A program made the translations under genes and the position numbers. Positions 12,739 through 27,957 of a stretch of DNA of 64,000 bases are shown here, one piece after another. The DNA is from Eledone cirrhosa (lineage: Eukaryota). The DNA is taken from contig OZ024741.1 in NCBI GenBank assembly GCA_964016885.1, positions 180,172,001 through 180,236,000 on the forward strand, given 5' to 3'. Under the pieces are notes generated by a model that was not told where the DNA came from, did no database searches, and worked only from the letters and a program-made list of their open reading frames with translations. The stretch's first letter is position 1. Every line of letters begins with the position of its first letter.

Positions 12739-12863
12739 ATTCTCAATATCATTGAAAAACTTAAATATTTTATTAAATTCCTGCAATAGTTCTTTTTTAT
12801 TTTCATATAGGCCCTGCTCCTTTTATAGGATTGGTTGATGGCCGTCAGCCTCTTGTCTAGTTA

Positions 12864-13057
12864 CAGACCTGTTAACTCTCCCTGTCTGACGGGGAGATCT
12901 CCCCCCTACTTTGGGGTGGGTAAGAGATGTCTTCTCTTGTGAAAATGGGTATAGCTTTCATTATGTAAAATCTCCCCATTTTGCCTCATTTCTCCTCGTT
13001 TTGGAGCCCTTTTTTCATGGTACTCTCCGTTTGGGTTTTTAGAGTTTGGCAGGTCTG
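12864..13057 (-). mobile_element. MITE with CAGACCTG termini and a 6-bp TSD
   Basis: Termini CAGACCTG...CAGGTCTG; flanks TAGTTA/TAATTA; second copy at 20711-20905. Confidence 0.8.
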
Positions 13058-14258
13058 TAATTAATCCACCGTTGTTAACAGGTATTATTGTTGTTGCTGT
13101 TGTTTTTTGTCTTGTTAGCGTGTCGATACATCCTCCACACACCTGGATGAAAGATCCTAGAGTGCTGTTGCCAGTTTAGTAGTCAACGACCTCACCATTA
13201 AACAGGTAGCACTGGTTTATATGCTTATCTGTTGCAGATCTGACCTGATACTGACACTGAAAACATAACAGTTGTAATAAACAAAACAACAGTTATTCTA
13301 ATTAAAATACTTCCTACAGAACATAACTGAAAATTGAACCTGTGCCTGACCATTCAGCTTCATCGTGAACTTAGCACATATGACACAACGTTCGACAAGT
13401 ACTTTGATAAGCTATGCTGTTGCTCTGTCAATCAACTCATTTACTTTAATGGTCTGTAAGTAGACGAAATATTAATTCAGATTTATATGACACTGTTTTT
13501 CATTTGTTAGCGAATAAGTTATACGTCCAATCTTATTATTTATTTAATATCTGGTTTATCTTGTTATTTCATACATCTTCCTACACAGATGCCTAGACAA
13601 TTATCATTATTGTGATAATCTGGTAACATATGAAAGTATTTGCTTTTGGCTTAGATGAACGTTCAACTCCAGGGTTTTTCAAAAGAAGTTAATATTTAAT
13701 GAAATCTTTCCTCCCCCACACACAACATTTCAATGCTTGGCAATAACTCTCTACTAGGAGGGAATTAAATGCTATAGATTTATATGGCTGTGTTTTTAAG
13801 AAATGCTAATCCTTTGGTTTCCCAAATTCGATGACAATCCGTAAATCCAGTTCACCTCATGATAATAACGTATGTCTATGGCGGATAACTTTCACTACAC
13901 CTAGTTATATTTGGCAGAACGGAATCCCTGTTGATGAAATGAATCCTCTGTTCGATCATAGAATACCACGAGCGTGCCTGTTACGTAAGTCGGATATTTG
14001 ATTTCAGATTTCACAGAAACACTTTAAACGTATACCGTTCGATTTGTCCAGGTGTATCTTTTTAACCTGTTAGTTCTTTCGTTACTTTGGTATTGTGTGT
14101 TAGGTTTTGCCTACCACAATGTTCAATTTGTCAAGCTATTTAAACGTATGTTATTACTCTAAGGACCTACTCTTGTTGAGTGCTTTGCTAACTCATTCAT
14201 ATTGTATGTCGACTTTGCTTGCCCACAGCCAAAGCTTCGATTTTACTAAGCTTCCACT

Positions 14259-14289
<31 letters not shown>

Positions 14290-14305
<16 letters not shown>

Positions 14306-14373
14306 CTAGGTGTAATATATTACCTCACTGTTATACATACATATAACTATGTATACTATACCACCTCACTGTT

Positions 14374-14416
<43 letters not shown>

Positions 14417-14775
14417 TATATATAGATATAGATATAATATACTACCACACTGTTATACATAAATGTAGCTAAGTGTAATATACCACCTCACTGTTATACA
14501 TATATACATATAGCTGGCTGTAATGTACTACCTCACTATTATGCATACATAGAGCTGTGAAAACACGTAATATATATATATATATATAGAACTACACTAG
14601 CACACTGTAATACCTGCAGGTAGATTATACCATACTGTTGTACGTATATAGAGCTAGGTCAGCTATACCACATTGAGGTACCTATATAAAGTTAAGTGAA
14701 CTATAACGCACTGTTATACCTACATAGAGCTAAGGGGACTATACTGACGCACTGTTATAGCTACATACAGCTATG
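14290..14775. repeat. Degenerate ~35-40 bp tandem repeat
   Basis: Recurring CACTGTTATAC...AGAGCTA units. Confidence 0.6.
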
Positions 14776-14789
14776 AAGGCTCGGGGATC

Positions 14790-15100
14790 AGTGATTATGG
14801 AGTTCGGCATACGATCATAAGGTCATGAGATCGATTCCCTGTAGCGTGACGTGGTATTGGGCAAGACACTTTATCTTATGTTGCTTTAATCCATCAGCTG
14901 GGAAAGAAAGAAATTGTATATGTAATTATATAAATGGGTTAGCCTTGTCACACACTGTGTCAGGCTAAATCTCCCTGAGAAGAACATTAAGGGTACACAA
15001 GCCTGTAGAATGTTCAGCCACTTGCACGTTAATTTCACAAGCAGCTTGCTTTGTTGGGTAAAGACTGAAACACTTATCGTCTGAACCGACGAGGATCCAA
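14790..15100. mobile_element. Diverged SINE-like repeat(s)
   Basis: GGTCATGAGATCGATTCC...GGCAAGACACTTTATCTTATGTTGCT; 14940-15045 matches 46190-46270 in reverse. Confidence 0.5.
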
Positions 15101-15476
15101 CACACACATAGAGGTGGACAATGCCACCCTGTTTTCCCTACATAGAGTTAGATGAACTACACACACACCTACGAGCCATTCCAACCTTCTGCTAAGTTCC
15201 TTCCCTCGTTGTTACTCATGTCTATTGTTTGTCGACACCACTAGCCTTTCCCACTCAAACTGGCGTTTCTTCTGTGTCTCTTGCTCCTATACTTGTATCT
15301 CATTCAATGTCGTCTATGCCTTACGGTGTTCATTTTGTTGATCCATTATCGCCGAAAATACCTGACATGGTCAGGCGGACCAATGCGCAGAACACTCGTG
15401 GAAAACTAAAATAGTGAAAAACCCCTTACCTGATGATTTTTTCAAACAGCGTTCTAGATCTGTAGAAGTCATTGTA

Positions 15477-15546
<70 letters not shown>

Positions 15547-15553
<7 letters not shown>

Positions 15554-15733
15554 AGATTCAAGACACCGACGGCTGACCGACGGCCATTTCGACAACTAGA
15601 TCTGACATCTAGCTGTCGAAACGGCCGGAGCTCAGCCGTCGGTGTCCTGAAGCTTTTCATATTACCCACTCTACTACCTCAAGAATCAAGTACTTTGGTG
15701 GGTTATGGTCTACCTGGTTTTTACCACACCCTA

Positions 15734-15737
<4 letters not shown>
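15547..15737. mobile_element. Family B-related fold-back copy
   Basis: 15547-15601 inverted relative to 15607-15662; GTCGAAACGGC..AGCCGTC; family B 3' tail; (TA)n on both sides. Confidence 0.75.
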
Positions 15738-15810
<73 letters not shown>

Positions 15811-16189
15811 TATATATATCTGTGTATGTTTCCCAGTATCTGATTTTTCGACTGTAATCTGGGAATGCGTTGCAGGACGCGCTCCTTGTTTAACCGCGCG
15901 ACGAACATTGAAGGATTTGTGTCATATTTAGCTTTCAATGGCTGGATATACACTTGCGATCGCTACTCCATACAAGTGAAAGCAGTACTCTGTATTAGAG
16001 CGGTTGTGCCTCACCGAAACATCCAACAATAGTTGATATGATCGCCTTGCCACTAGTAGTATGAACCAAATTCACAGTTACTTATTGCCTTATCTACTCA
16101 TTGCCTTATCTACTGATACGACATCCTGCTTACCAATGTCGTCGTTTAACCCAGTCGGGATTGGTTTGACAGATTGCATATCAAGGCCA

Positions 16190-18640
16190 AAGAGCTCTGT
16201 CCGCCCTGGCTTTGAAATCAGAGTGGTCTCTCTCCTAGACAGATTGCCGACCAAAGCTACCAAATATACACTATATACACTATATACATATTTACACAAT
16301 TTTTGGATGGCCGTTGACTCTTATGAGTTCTTCCGCCCTTTGTCAGGTTTTGTTTTTGTCCTGCAGGATGTCCAAAATCACCCTCCTCACCAAGTAAACT
16401 TGATGGGGTTGCCGGTTTAGTCGCCGATGACCCGACCATGCAACAGGTTGTACTGGGTTACATGTTACCAGTAGCACTCGAAAGTGGCCTGACACGGAGA
16501 AAACAACCAACCCGACTTGTACACGGAAAGAAAGACATCTTTTCTGGTACACTCAATGTCCAAACACTCCAGAAAGACCATAAAATCCCTGAACTGATTG
16601 CTTCAGGAGCACCGGTTCATCCATGAAGAGCTTGTAACAAAGGAGCAAATATTTGGCAATTGAAGGCTGATAACCTGCTCAGCTTGGAAAGACAACATGA
16701 ATGCAGCAAATGGTGGATTTGGACTGCTTTTCAGCCCGCGAGCCTATGATGCACTTGCGAGTGTTGAAATGATAACATCAAGGATAATGATAGCTACGTT
16801 TAACAGAAATCCTAAAACCACTGTAATTTCTTGCTATAGTCCAACAAATGTATGTGACATGGCCGAAGTAGAGAGGTTCTACATAGAACTAACATCACTC
16901 ACTAGACATATCCCGAAACATAATGTTCTCATCATTGGCGGAGACTTCAACGCGCGTCTTGGACAGCTTGATGGATTCAAATTCTCATACCACTCACAAA
17001 CCAATAGAAACAGTTGTATGCTAAAAGATTACTTGTGTGAGAACAATTTACGATGTCTGAACGCCATATTCCAAAAAAGACCAGGCCAGCGGTGGACACA
17101 CAAATCTCCAAATGGCGACAAGACACAACTGGATTATATCATAATCAATCGAAAATGGAAGAACAGCGCAAAAAACTGCAGAGCATATGACTCATTTGTT
17201 AGTGTTGACTGGGATCATCGCATTGTCTCGGCCAAGATACGATTAAGTCTCCGAGTGGATAAAAAGAAATCTGCAAATGCTATTCCTTACAACTGGGCAG
17301 TTCTGAATACCAATCCTGGGACTTACAAAACCTTTGTAACCCAACTGAGCAACCGATTTGCTGCCCTACAAGACTCTGCGCCAACAAAATCGTCAAATTC
17401 TACATTTAACCACTTTCAATTGGCATTCAAAGGGGCAGCGGCCGACACCATCCCTTTAAAACCCAAGGTTAAAAAACGAAAACCCTGGGAAACAGAGAGG
17501 ATTCGCCAAAAGCGCAAAGAGTTGCGAAAAGCTGCAGAATTGAAAGACACTCAACGATCTCCAGAAAACATTAGTAACTTCAATGCTGCTTGTACAGCAC
17601 TGAAAAGTGAGTATGAAATTGAGCAAGCTGAATACATGCAGAAAAATATCAATCATATCTCAAGTACTGTCAGCAATAAGAGGTCTGCTGAAGCCTGGAA
17701 AACTGTCAATGAAATTAGTGGCAGAAAAAGTAGTGACAGAGCCAAACTGAAAGCCTCCAGCTAAGACAAGCGTTTAAAACTGTGGCAACAACATTTTCAG
17801 AACCTACTTGGCAAAGCACCACAGATCATCGAAGAAGAAATAATACCTGTTTTTAGAGAGGAACACCAAATACAGAAAGGTCATTTCACTATGGAGGAAC
17901 TACAGAAAGCAGTGAAAAGTATTGGTAACGGAAAAGCGTGCGGACTCGACGAGATCCCAGCTGAAGTGTGTAAGGTACCTGAATTTCACCCAATCCTACT
18001 AGAGTTGTGTAATGGTGTCTATAATCAAGCCTCCATCGACAAATGGCCTGAGGGATGCATACTCCCTTTCCCAAAAAGGGCGATTTGGGAATGGATAAAA
18101 ACTACCGTGGCATAACACTAATGGCAATTGCCGCAAAGATATACAATCTCATGTTGCTTGACAGAATAAGACCTGTCATTGACCCCTTGCTGAGAAAAAA
18201 CCAAGCACATATTCCACAGAGCTGCTGTGGAATATGTGCTTGTTTATGGCTCTATCACTTGGACGCTAATGTCAAAACTGGAGAAAAAGCTAGACGGGGC
18301 ATACACACGTATGCTCCGTGCTGCTTTAAACGTATCTTAGAGGAAACACCCAACAAATAAGGATCTCTGTAGCAATATACCACCTATCAGCAAGTCAATA
18401 CGTAAACAGAGACTCATATTTGCAGGCCACTGTTGGCGCAGCAAGGAAGAAATAGCAGGCGATGTATTGTTATGGAGTCCATCTCATGGAGCAAGAAACG
18501 CTGGTCGTCCCAGCAAGACATGCGTCAAGCAACTTGAGGACGATACTGGATGCACTGCGGAAGAACTGGCAAACGCTATGAGAGACAGAGATGGATGGAG
18601 GAAACGTGTCGTAGAAAGCCGAGCAAGCTCGACCTGATGA

Positions 18641-18643
<3 letters not shown>
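16190..18643 (+). mobile_element. RTE-clade LINE: APE endonuclease plus partly deleted RT
   Basis: ORF 16697-17764 with CYSPT, GGDFNA, LDYII; KACGLD and NYRGITL; RT core deleted near 18205; FAGHCWR; (TGA)n tail. Confidence 0.9.
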
Positions 18644-18680
<37 letters not shown>

Positions 18681-18941
18681 GTACAGATCCACACATCTCA
18701 GGCACATACGCTAACACTGCCAGATACTTTACATACACTCAAAAGATCTTTATTTCCGTTTGTTTGTTTTTTACTTTACTTTAATTACATGCTATTTTCT
18801 ATATCTATCCCTCATGACCCTATCTCTCTTTTTGTACTCATGAAGAATGTTTAAAGCCCGACACGTTGAACTTTCTTTCTCCGTTTCCATATACTTTTTG
18901 TACCTCTGTTGTTTCCTTGAATTATATACGATATATATATA

Positions 18942-18992
18942 TCCTTCATCAGAAAATAGAATGAGAAATTAAAGAAGAGAAATTAAACGGGC

Positions 18993-19060
<68 letters not shown>

Positions 19061-19220
19061 GCCCGTTTCCTCGATCTTTCTATTTCTTCTTTAATTTCTC
19101 ATTCTATTTTCTGATGAAGGACTAGCGTCCGAAACGTTAAGACTCTTTTCCTACTATATCAAGCGTAAAACTAATAATATATTTCTTCATTGTACTTTGT
19201 CGTTTGCTTTGTTAGTTCTG
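18942..19220. mobile_element. HHR element (family E) folded back around (TA)n
   Basis: 18942-18995 is the reverse complement of 19056-19121 (one indel), with a (TA)n tract between the arms. Confidence 0.7.
19107..19143 (+). ncRNA. Minimal hammerhead ribozyme motif
   Basis: CTGATGA-A-GGAC-TAGC-GTCC-GAAACGTTA with palindromic stem III AACGTT; stem I weak. Confidence 0.7.
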
Positions 19221-19581
19221 TTTGCCTTTTGCATACATATAATTTTTCAGACGAGTTGTCTCGTTTAATAATACAATATACTAGGATTGAATTTTCCGAT
19301 AAATCTAATCGGAATAGCGTTTCTAGATATTGTTCATTTGTGAGATAACGAAACAGGTGTCAATTGCATAATAAATGTTAATCCCATAATAAACTGTGAT
19401 GTTGCCATATTTATGTTTCTTATATTATATATAAATACTCCTGGAATTACTTTCATTGTATCAACGGTTAACCACTACGGAAACGCTTGATAAATCTTCC
19501 ACCTGTCGAGTTAAAAAGCATTGCATGTTGATATAGTCCTCGATTTCCCCTAATGAAATCTGATCACTATTCTATTCTCTT

Positions 19582-19858
<277 letters not shown>

Positions 19859-19864
<6 letters not shown>

Positions 19865-20021
19865 GTGAGTTTTTTTTTATGTGAGAAAAACCACAGACCC
19901 TCCATCTCAATTCTACTTTTGAAAAGCAGAAGAACTGCGAAACCGGTAAAGGAACCAAATAAATATATATATTTTTAAAAAAAATAAGACTCCAGTTGCA
20001 TTTTCGATTTCATCTCTTTTT

Positions 20022-20025
<4 letters not shown>
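19859..20025 (+). mobile_element. Family A truncated copy with short inverted 3' end
   Basis: TAGAAAGTGAG (reverse complement of 1836-1846) followed by a match to 1634-1780. Confidence 0.8.
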
Positions 20026-20073
<48 letters not shown>

Positions 20074-20354
20074 GTATATTGCGTTCAATAGTCAATGTTG
20101 GCTGATCTAAGCAATCAACGAAATATGGTGCAATCAAGTTCGCTCTTAGTTCTCTGTATAGTATGTTATAGGTGTTCTTGCCTATTCCATATAGGTTATT
20201 CGTCTTATCTACATGTACTGCTTGTTTCCTTCACTTCCTTGATCTTATTAATTTTCGTCTGATGATTTCGTCTCTTGAATAGGGGCTTCTTGAATTTCAG
20301 ACTAGGTATGATGTTAATCCTCTCATTCTTAAATCCGACCAGATCTTTTTTGTG

Positions 20355-20615
20355 CGGCTATATATGTTCTTCTTGCTATATATGTCTTTAGGCTATATAT
20401 GTTCTTCAGGCTATATATGTCTTTAGGCTATATATGTTCTTCTTGCTATATATGTCTTTAGGCTATATATGTTCTTCTTGCTATATATGTCTTTAGGCTA
20501 TATATGTTCTTCAGGATATATATGTTCTTCAGGCTATATATGTCTTCAGGCTATATATGTTCTTCTTGCTATATATGTCTTCAGGCTATATATGTTCTTC
20601 AGGCTATATATGTTC
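20355..20615. repeat. ~17-20 bp minisatellite
   Basis: Repeated GGCTATATATGTTCTTCA and variants. Confidence 0.85.
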
Positions 20616-20710
20616 TCTTTCATTTGGTGTTCTTTTATCAAAGTGGTATGCGCGCCAGTGCATTCTCCGTATAAACGAGTTTGTTTTTGCAGTTAGTTAT
20701 TTGGTGAATT

Positions 20711-20905
20711 CGGACCTGCCAACCTCTAAAAACGCAAACGGAGAGTACCATGAAAAAAAGGGCTCCAAAATGGGGAGAAATGAGGCAAAATGGGGAGGTT
20801 TTACATAATAAAAACTATACCCATTTTCATAAGAGAACACATCTGTCACCCACCCTAAAGTTGGTGGGAGATCTCCCCGTCCGACGGGGAGAGTTGACAG
20901 GTCTG
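20711..20905 (+). mobile_element. MITE with 6-bp TSD TGAATT
   Basis: TGAATT at 20705-20710 and 20906-20911; termini CGGACCTG...CAGGTCTG; homologous to 12864-13057. Confidence 0.82.
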
Positions 20906-21708
20906 TGAATTCCCGCTTGCCAAGTAATGGTATGCTGTTTAGTGATGAAGAGAGATTGAAAGTTTTCATCTTAGTTACAGATATCACAGCGCAAACCGTT
21001 CAACAAATATTAGGAGCTATATATGTTTTTAGTTCTATAGTCAATATTTTTTTAGTTCTACAGTCAATATTTTTTAAATTCTATACGCCAACACAAATTA
21101 TCGAGGACCTTCTTGAAACTCCTTAAATAACATCTACTTTCTGACTTTCCCATATCAACGTAAACACAATCCCCACATTATATCTAAATGCCCTCCTCCC
21201 CCACTCCCACCCACCTCGTACGTCGATGTGTATGCGCACTAGTTAATCTAACCAATGGGGTACTTTTGGTTAGGACCATGAATAACCATTCCTCTAACCC
21301 CTAACGCTCTATATCTTAGCCTTTATTTACAGTGTTGATACACTCTTTCGTTATTCATTTATCTTTATACCTGTACTTGAATGTGTATGTGCACGCATGG
21401 ACGTGTTGTGTGTCTTACTACGTGTGCGCCAATGCGCTTGCGCGTGGTCAAGCGTTCATGAGTACATGCATGTATGTGGATATGCGTGTGTTCTATGTCC
21501 ATGTACATGTATGTGAATGTACGATGTTGCGAAGCCAATATAAGGGGATTTCACTCGCGCACGAATGCGCCCACGCACACGCTTATAGCCATACTCACGC
21601 ACTTAAACTTGAGTACTATCCCACTACACCACAACTAGACTAATTATTCACTAAAGACCTATAGATACAAACGAAAAGTATTTACACAACTACAATAATA
21701 ATAATAAT

Positions 21709-21930
21709 TGTTTCTACTTTAGGCACAAGGCCAGCAATGTTTTTAAGGAGGCGGGGAAAGTCGATTAAATCGACTCCAGTGCATTACTGGTACTTTATTT
21801 TATCGACCCCGTAAGGATGAAAGGCAAAGTTAACCTCGGCCGGATTTGAACTCAGATCATAAAGGGCCGTAACTCTATGTTGCAAAGCATAACATCCGAC
21901 CCTCTACCAATACTGCCAATCCACCACCTT
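21709..21930 (-). mobile_element. tRNA-derived SINE, variant with an extra ~30-bp segment
   Basis: Same family as 983-1170; TSD TACAATAATAATAATAAT. Confidence 0.9.
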
Positions 21931-21957
21931 TACAATAATAATAATAATAATAATAAT

Positions 21958-22950
21958 GTTTTCTTTATTAACCACACAGAGCTGACATTAAGCAAACCAT
22001 AAAGACGGCAGAGGACGACACAGCGTGAGTTTTTGTATGTAAAAATGATATAACAAAACTAAAAAATAAACATTCAACATCAAACAAAACAAATACCCCA
22101 ATAGGCGGTAGGGGTGGGGGGGATCTTCGGTTGTCACTCGTGGAGAAAGCCGACAAAAAGTCACGGTCACCCTGACCGCTGGGACAAGTGCCCCTACCTA
22201 GTTGTCCTCTCCACTCTCACACCTTTCAACAAATTGCTTGGAAGATAGCACTTTTCTCTCCAGTCTGAATTTCCTCTTCAAGTGAAACCTGAAAAAATTA
22301 ATTAGGGCTTCGCCAAAGACAAAAGTTTATCTTCAACCATTTCAAACGCGTTCACCACACGACCTCTTTCGACATGGTCACCAGGCAGATACATACTGCC
22401 TGTCCTTCTCGGCTGAAGGAAGACGGTGGGTCAATCTTCACGATGGACTCAGTTGATAACCGGATCCGTCATGCACGTGACAGCAGATGTTCAACATAAA
22501 CCCCCAACTCAACAATGCTCGGACACTCGACAAGTGCGTGAAGGATGATTTCATCGCCCTGCTCGCATCTGAGACAGGCTCGTAGCACTGCCAGGCCATA
22601 GATTTCTGGAAGTTATCGATGGGCCCAGAGCTGAAGTCCTCCTGAAAAGCGGGGCTATTTGATTTTCTCAATGTTCAGAGTCTCCATAAGAACGTCGTGG
22701 TTTTTACCCAACACTAACACCCATATAGAACGTTACGGTGGAGTTTGAAGGCATTCCAATGAGGAAACAGGGGTCTAACAAACGGCAACCACACCTATAC
22801 ACCACCAAGGAAAAGCTAAAAGTGGCGCAGCCTCAGCACGTGTTACACATCATCAACCATGACATGCCCAGTCTTCCATACAGCAAATTGACCGTCTGGC
22901 GAATGCTACGCACACACCTACGAGTGGAAATGAAGCGGAGTGGATATTGT
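21958..22950 (-). mobile_element. Diverged Tx1-like LINE 3' fragment
   Basis: GPIDNFQKSMAWQCY motif shared with the Tx1 ORF2 C-terminus; AATAAAGAAA 3' end adjoining (ATT)n. Confidence 0.8.
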
Positions 22951-22984
22951 TCAGCTCAACAGTTTCTGTTTCAGCTGTTAAAAT

Positions 22985-23420
22985 AATTCGATCGCAAACG
23001 CAAGCGGCCGAAATGGGATTCCTCCGAATGGTCGTTGGAGTAACGTTACTCGATAGAGTGCGTAACTCGTAGATCGGAGAATCGCTTCAGGAAACGTCGC
23101 TACTTCTCCGAATTGAGAGATCACAGCTCCGATATTACGGGCTTGTAGTTAGAATCGCTGGACAGATTTTTACGCGCAAAACCAACCGGCAGGAGACGCA
23201 GGGTTAGATCCCGAGCAAGATGGTTGGATAACATCCATGAGCTTGGCCGATCTCGTTTGGGTATGCAGCAGGATCTGTTGGAGACGGTTGCTTGTGACAG
23301 GACCTGCTGGAAGGAATGTTTGAAGACTCTTCCCCCACAATCCTCACAAGAAGAAGAAGAAGAAGAAGAAGAAGAAGAAGAAGAAGAAGAAGAAGAAGAA
23401 GAAGAAGAAGAAGAAGAAGA
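22985..23420 (+). mobile_element. RTE-clade LINE 3' end with (GAA)n tail
   Basis: QAAEMGFLR, LLLRIERSQLRYYG, RARWLDNI; (GAA)n at 23350-23420. Confidence 0.85.
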
Positions 23421-23950
23421 ATATATATATTTTAACGCTAAATAATTAATAACAATATACAGTACTTCCCCGCCTATTGGACGCCCCCTTCACATAAGAC
23501 CCTCCCTGTTTTTTTTAAATTATATTTTACGCTATATTTTTACGTTTATAGGCATTTTTATGGGCCACGTCTAATATTCACGGTTTTTCACTCTTCGCGT
23601 GTGCTCTAGGGACGTAACCCCTGCGAATACTGGGGGACAATTGTATATATATATATATATATATATATGTTACTCACTTACATGTGCCATTGTCCCGTGT
23701 TCCCCCTTCTATCAGTATGAATACTTCTTTTTTTCCTTTTTTACTCCCTTTTTCTTCTCTCTTTCTTCTTTTCTTTCTCTCTCTTCGCTATCGCTTCTTT
23801 CCCTCATGGCCTTTTGATAGATAAAAGACCTTGGGCACGCTACGGATAGATGTATTGTTTATAATGCGCCAAAACCTTCGTGATCCGTCGTAAACAATTG
23901 ACAAAGGGAGACTGTCCAGCTCTTGTTTGTGTCGCCTTACCGTCTAACAC

Positions 23951-24044
<94 letters not shown>

Positions 24045-24045
<1 letters not shown>

Positions 24046-24142
24046 AGTGAAATTCCGTTATAATAAAATTCACGAGGTATAAAAAAATATGTTGTAACGA
24101 AATTTCGTTATAATAGTATTCGTTATAACAGAATTTTACCTG
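24045..24142. mobile_element. Short pogo/Tigger-like MITE
   Basis: TA-CAGTGAAATTCCGTTATAA...TTATAACAGAATTTTACCTG-TA imperfect TIRs; internal CGTTATAA repeats. Confidence 0.55.
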
Positions 24143-24148
24143 TATATA

Positions 24149-25034
24149 CGAGGTGTGTCAGAAAAGTTCCAGGACTGATGTCACAAAAGATTTATTTCAA
24201 ACCCAAACTTCACACTAAGAATTTTCTCCTTCAAAGTAATCCCCCTAGAGTATGTAACTGTAATCTTAGCTCTCTGCAGCGATCAAACTTTTTTCTTCAT
24301 CATTTTATATACATGTCCTCTGTTTCAGGTCGTCAAGCAATGAGCACAGAGCAACGAATAAACTTGAAGTTTCTGGTACGGTTGAGGAAAACTCCGTCAG
24401 AAGTACTGGGATTGTTGCAGCAAGTGTATGGAGATGAGACAATATCACGCTCATGTGTTTTTGAGTGGTGCAAGATGACCCCAGGAATGGAAGGCCCTCA
24501 ACAATCAGGACTGAGGTCAACGTTGAGCGCGTCAGGCAGATGGTGCGTAGCGATCGTCGGCTGACTGTTCGACTGATGGCAAATGATCTGGGCATGAATC
24601 GGGACAGCGTCTGGAAAATTCTCACTGAAGATTTGGACATGCGGAAAGTCTGCGCGAAGATGGTGCCAAAACTGCTGAACGATGACCAGAAGGGTCGACG
24701 CATGCAAGTGTACCAGGACATCCTCGAGCGTCTTGAAACCGAACCAGACTTGCTAGGGACAGTCATCACCAGTGATGAGTCATGGATCTTCGAGTATGAC
24801 CCGGAGGAGACCCGTTTTGAAGACGTGGACGACATCAAAAAGGCCGTGACGACGGAACTGCGGAGGATCCCAGAAGAATCCTTCCAGGAGTGCATGCAAG
24901 CGTGGCAGAAAAGGATGGAAAAGTGCATTAGGCTCCAGGGGGATTACTTTGAAGGAGAAAACCCTTAGTATGAAGTTTGGGTTTGAAATAAATCTTTTGT
25001 GACATCAGTGCTGTAACTTTTCTGACACACCTCG
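24149..25034 (+). mobile_element. Mariner transposon, internally deleted
   Basis: ~70-bp TIRs starting CGAGGTGTGTCAGAAAAG, TA on both sides; EQRINLKF, RKVCAKMVPKLL and TSDESWIFEYDPE joined directly to the C-terminal RFED...GDYFEG. Confidence 0.92.
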
Positions 25035-25313
25035 TATATTATTTTCAGAGGCTTCTCGGTGCTACCAAAGGTAGTCTGAGTTATTCTCACATGTCAGCAG
25101 TTTAGAATTCCTTACTTACCCAGGAAAGAAAGAAATATACCTACAAGTAAAATAATTAATTAAATAAATACACAATAAAACGTAAGTATTATTCTGTCTT
25201 GTAGACTTTATCTTTATAAAATTGGAGTTTTGAAGCACGAAACAACACTCGTCTGCAATTATCCATATTTGGTCATAATTTTTTTTTTTCATTTTTTATT
25301 TTAAAAATTATTT

Positions 25314-25350
<37 letters not shown>

Positions 25351-25619
25351 CATAAATATTTTCAATAATGTTTCCACATTAAAGATGGATGTGGGAGTGT
25401 TATCTGTTATTTTGTGTGTGTGTATGTGTGTGTGTGAATGTGAGTGGGTCTCATTCTGTTTGTGTGAATGTGTGTGCGTGTGTGTGTATGTGTGTGTGTG
25501 TGTATGTGTATGAGTGTGTGTGTGTATGTGTCATTGTGTTTGTATATATATGTTACTTGCATAGTTTGAATGTGTAACCGATGGAAGAACAAAAACAATA
25601 AATCTAAACAGCAACAAAA

Positions 25620-26250
<631 letters not shown>

Positions 26251-26414
26251 TTTATAGATTTCCATTATGTTCATTCGTAAATCTTCGACAAGCAATTTAC
26301 AAAAAAATCTAAAAACACGTAAGAGTGAAAACTATGGATGGTCATTCGGATCGAAATATTGTTACTGAAAGCAAATCCACACCTTCATTATGTTACCACA
26401 CCATAAAACAAATA

Positions 26415-27955
<1,541 letters not shown>

Positions 27956-27957
27956 TT

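Noticed and set aside
13800-14002. Possible host exon ending at a GTAAGT
   Set aside because: Short open frame with no convincing acceptor or recognisable protein motif
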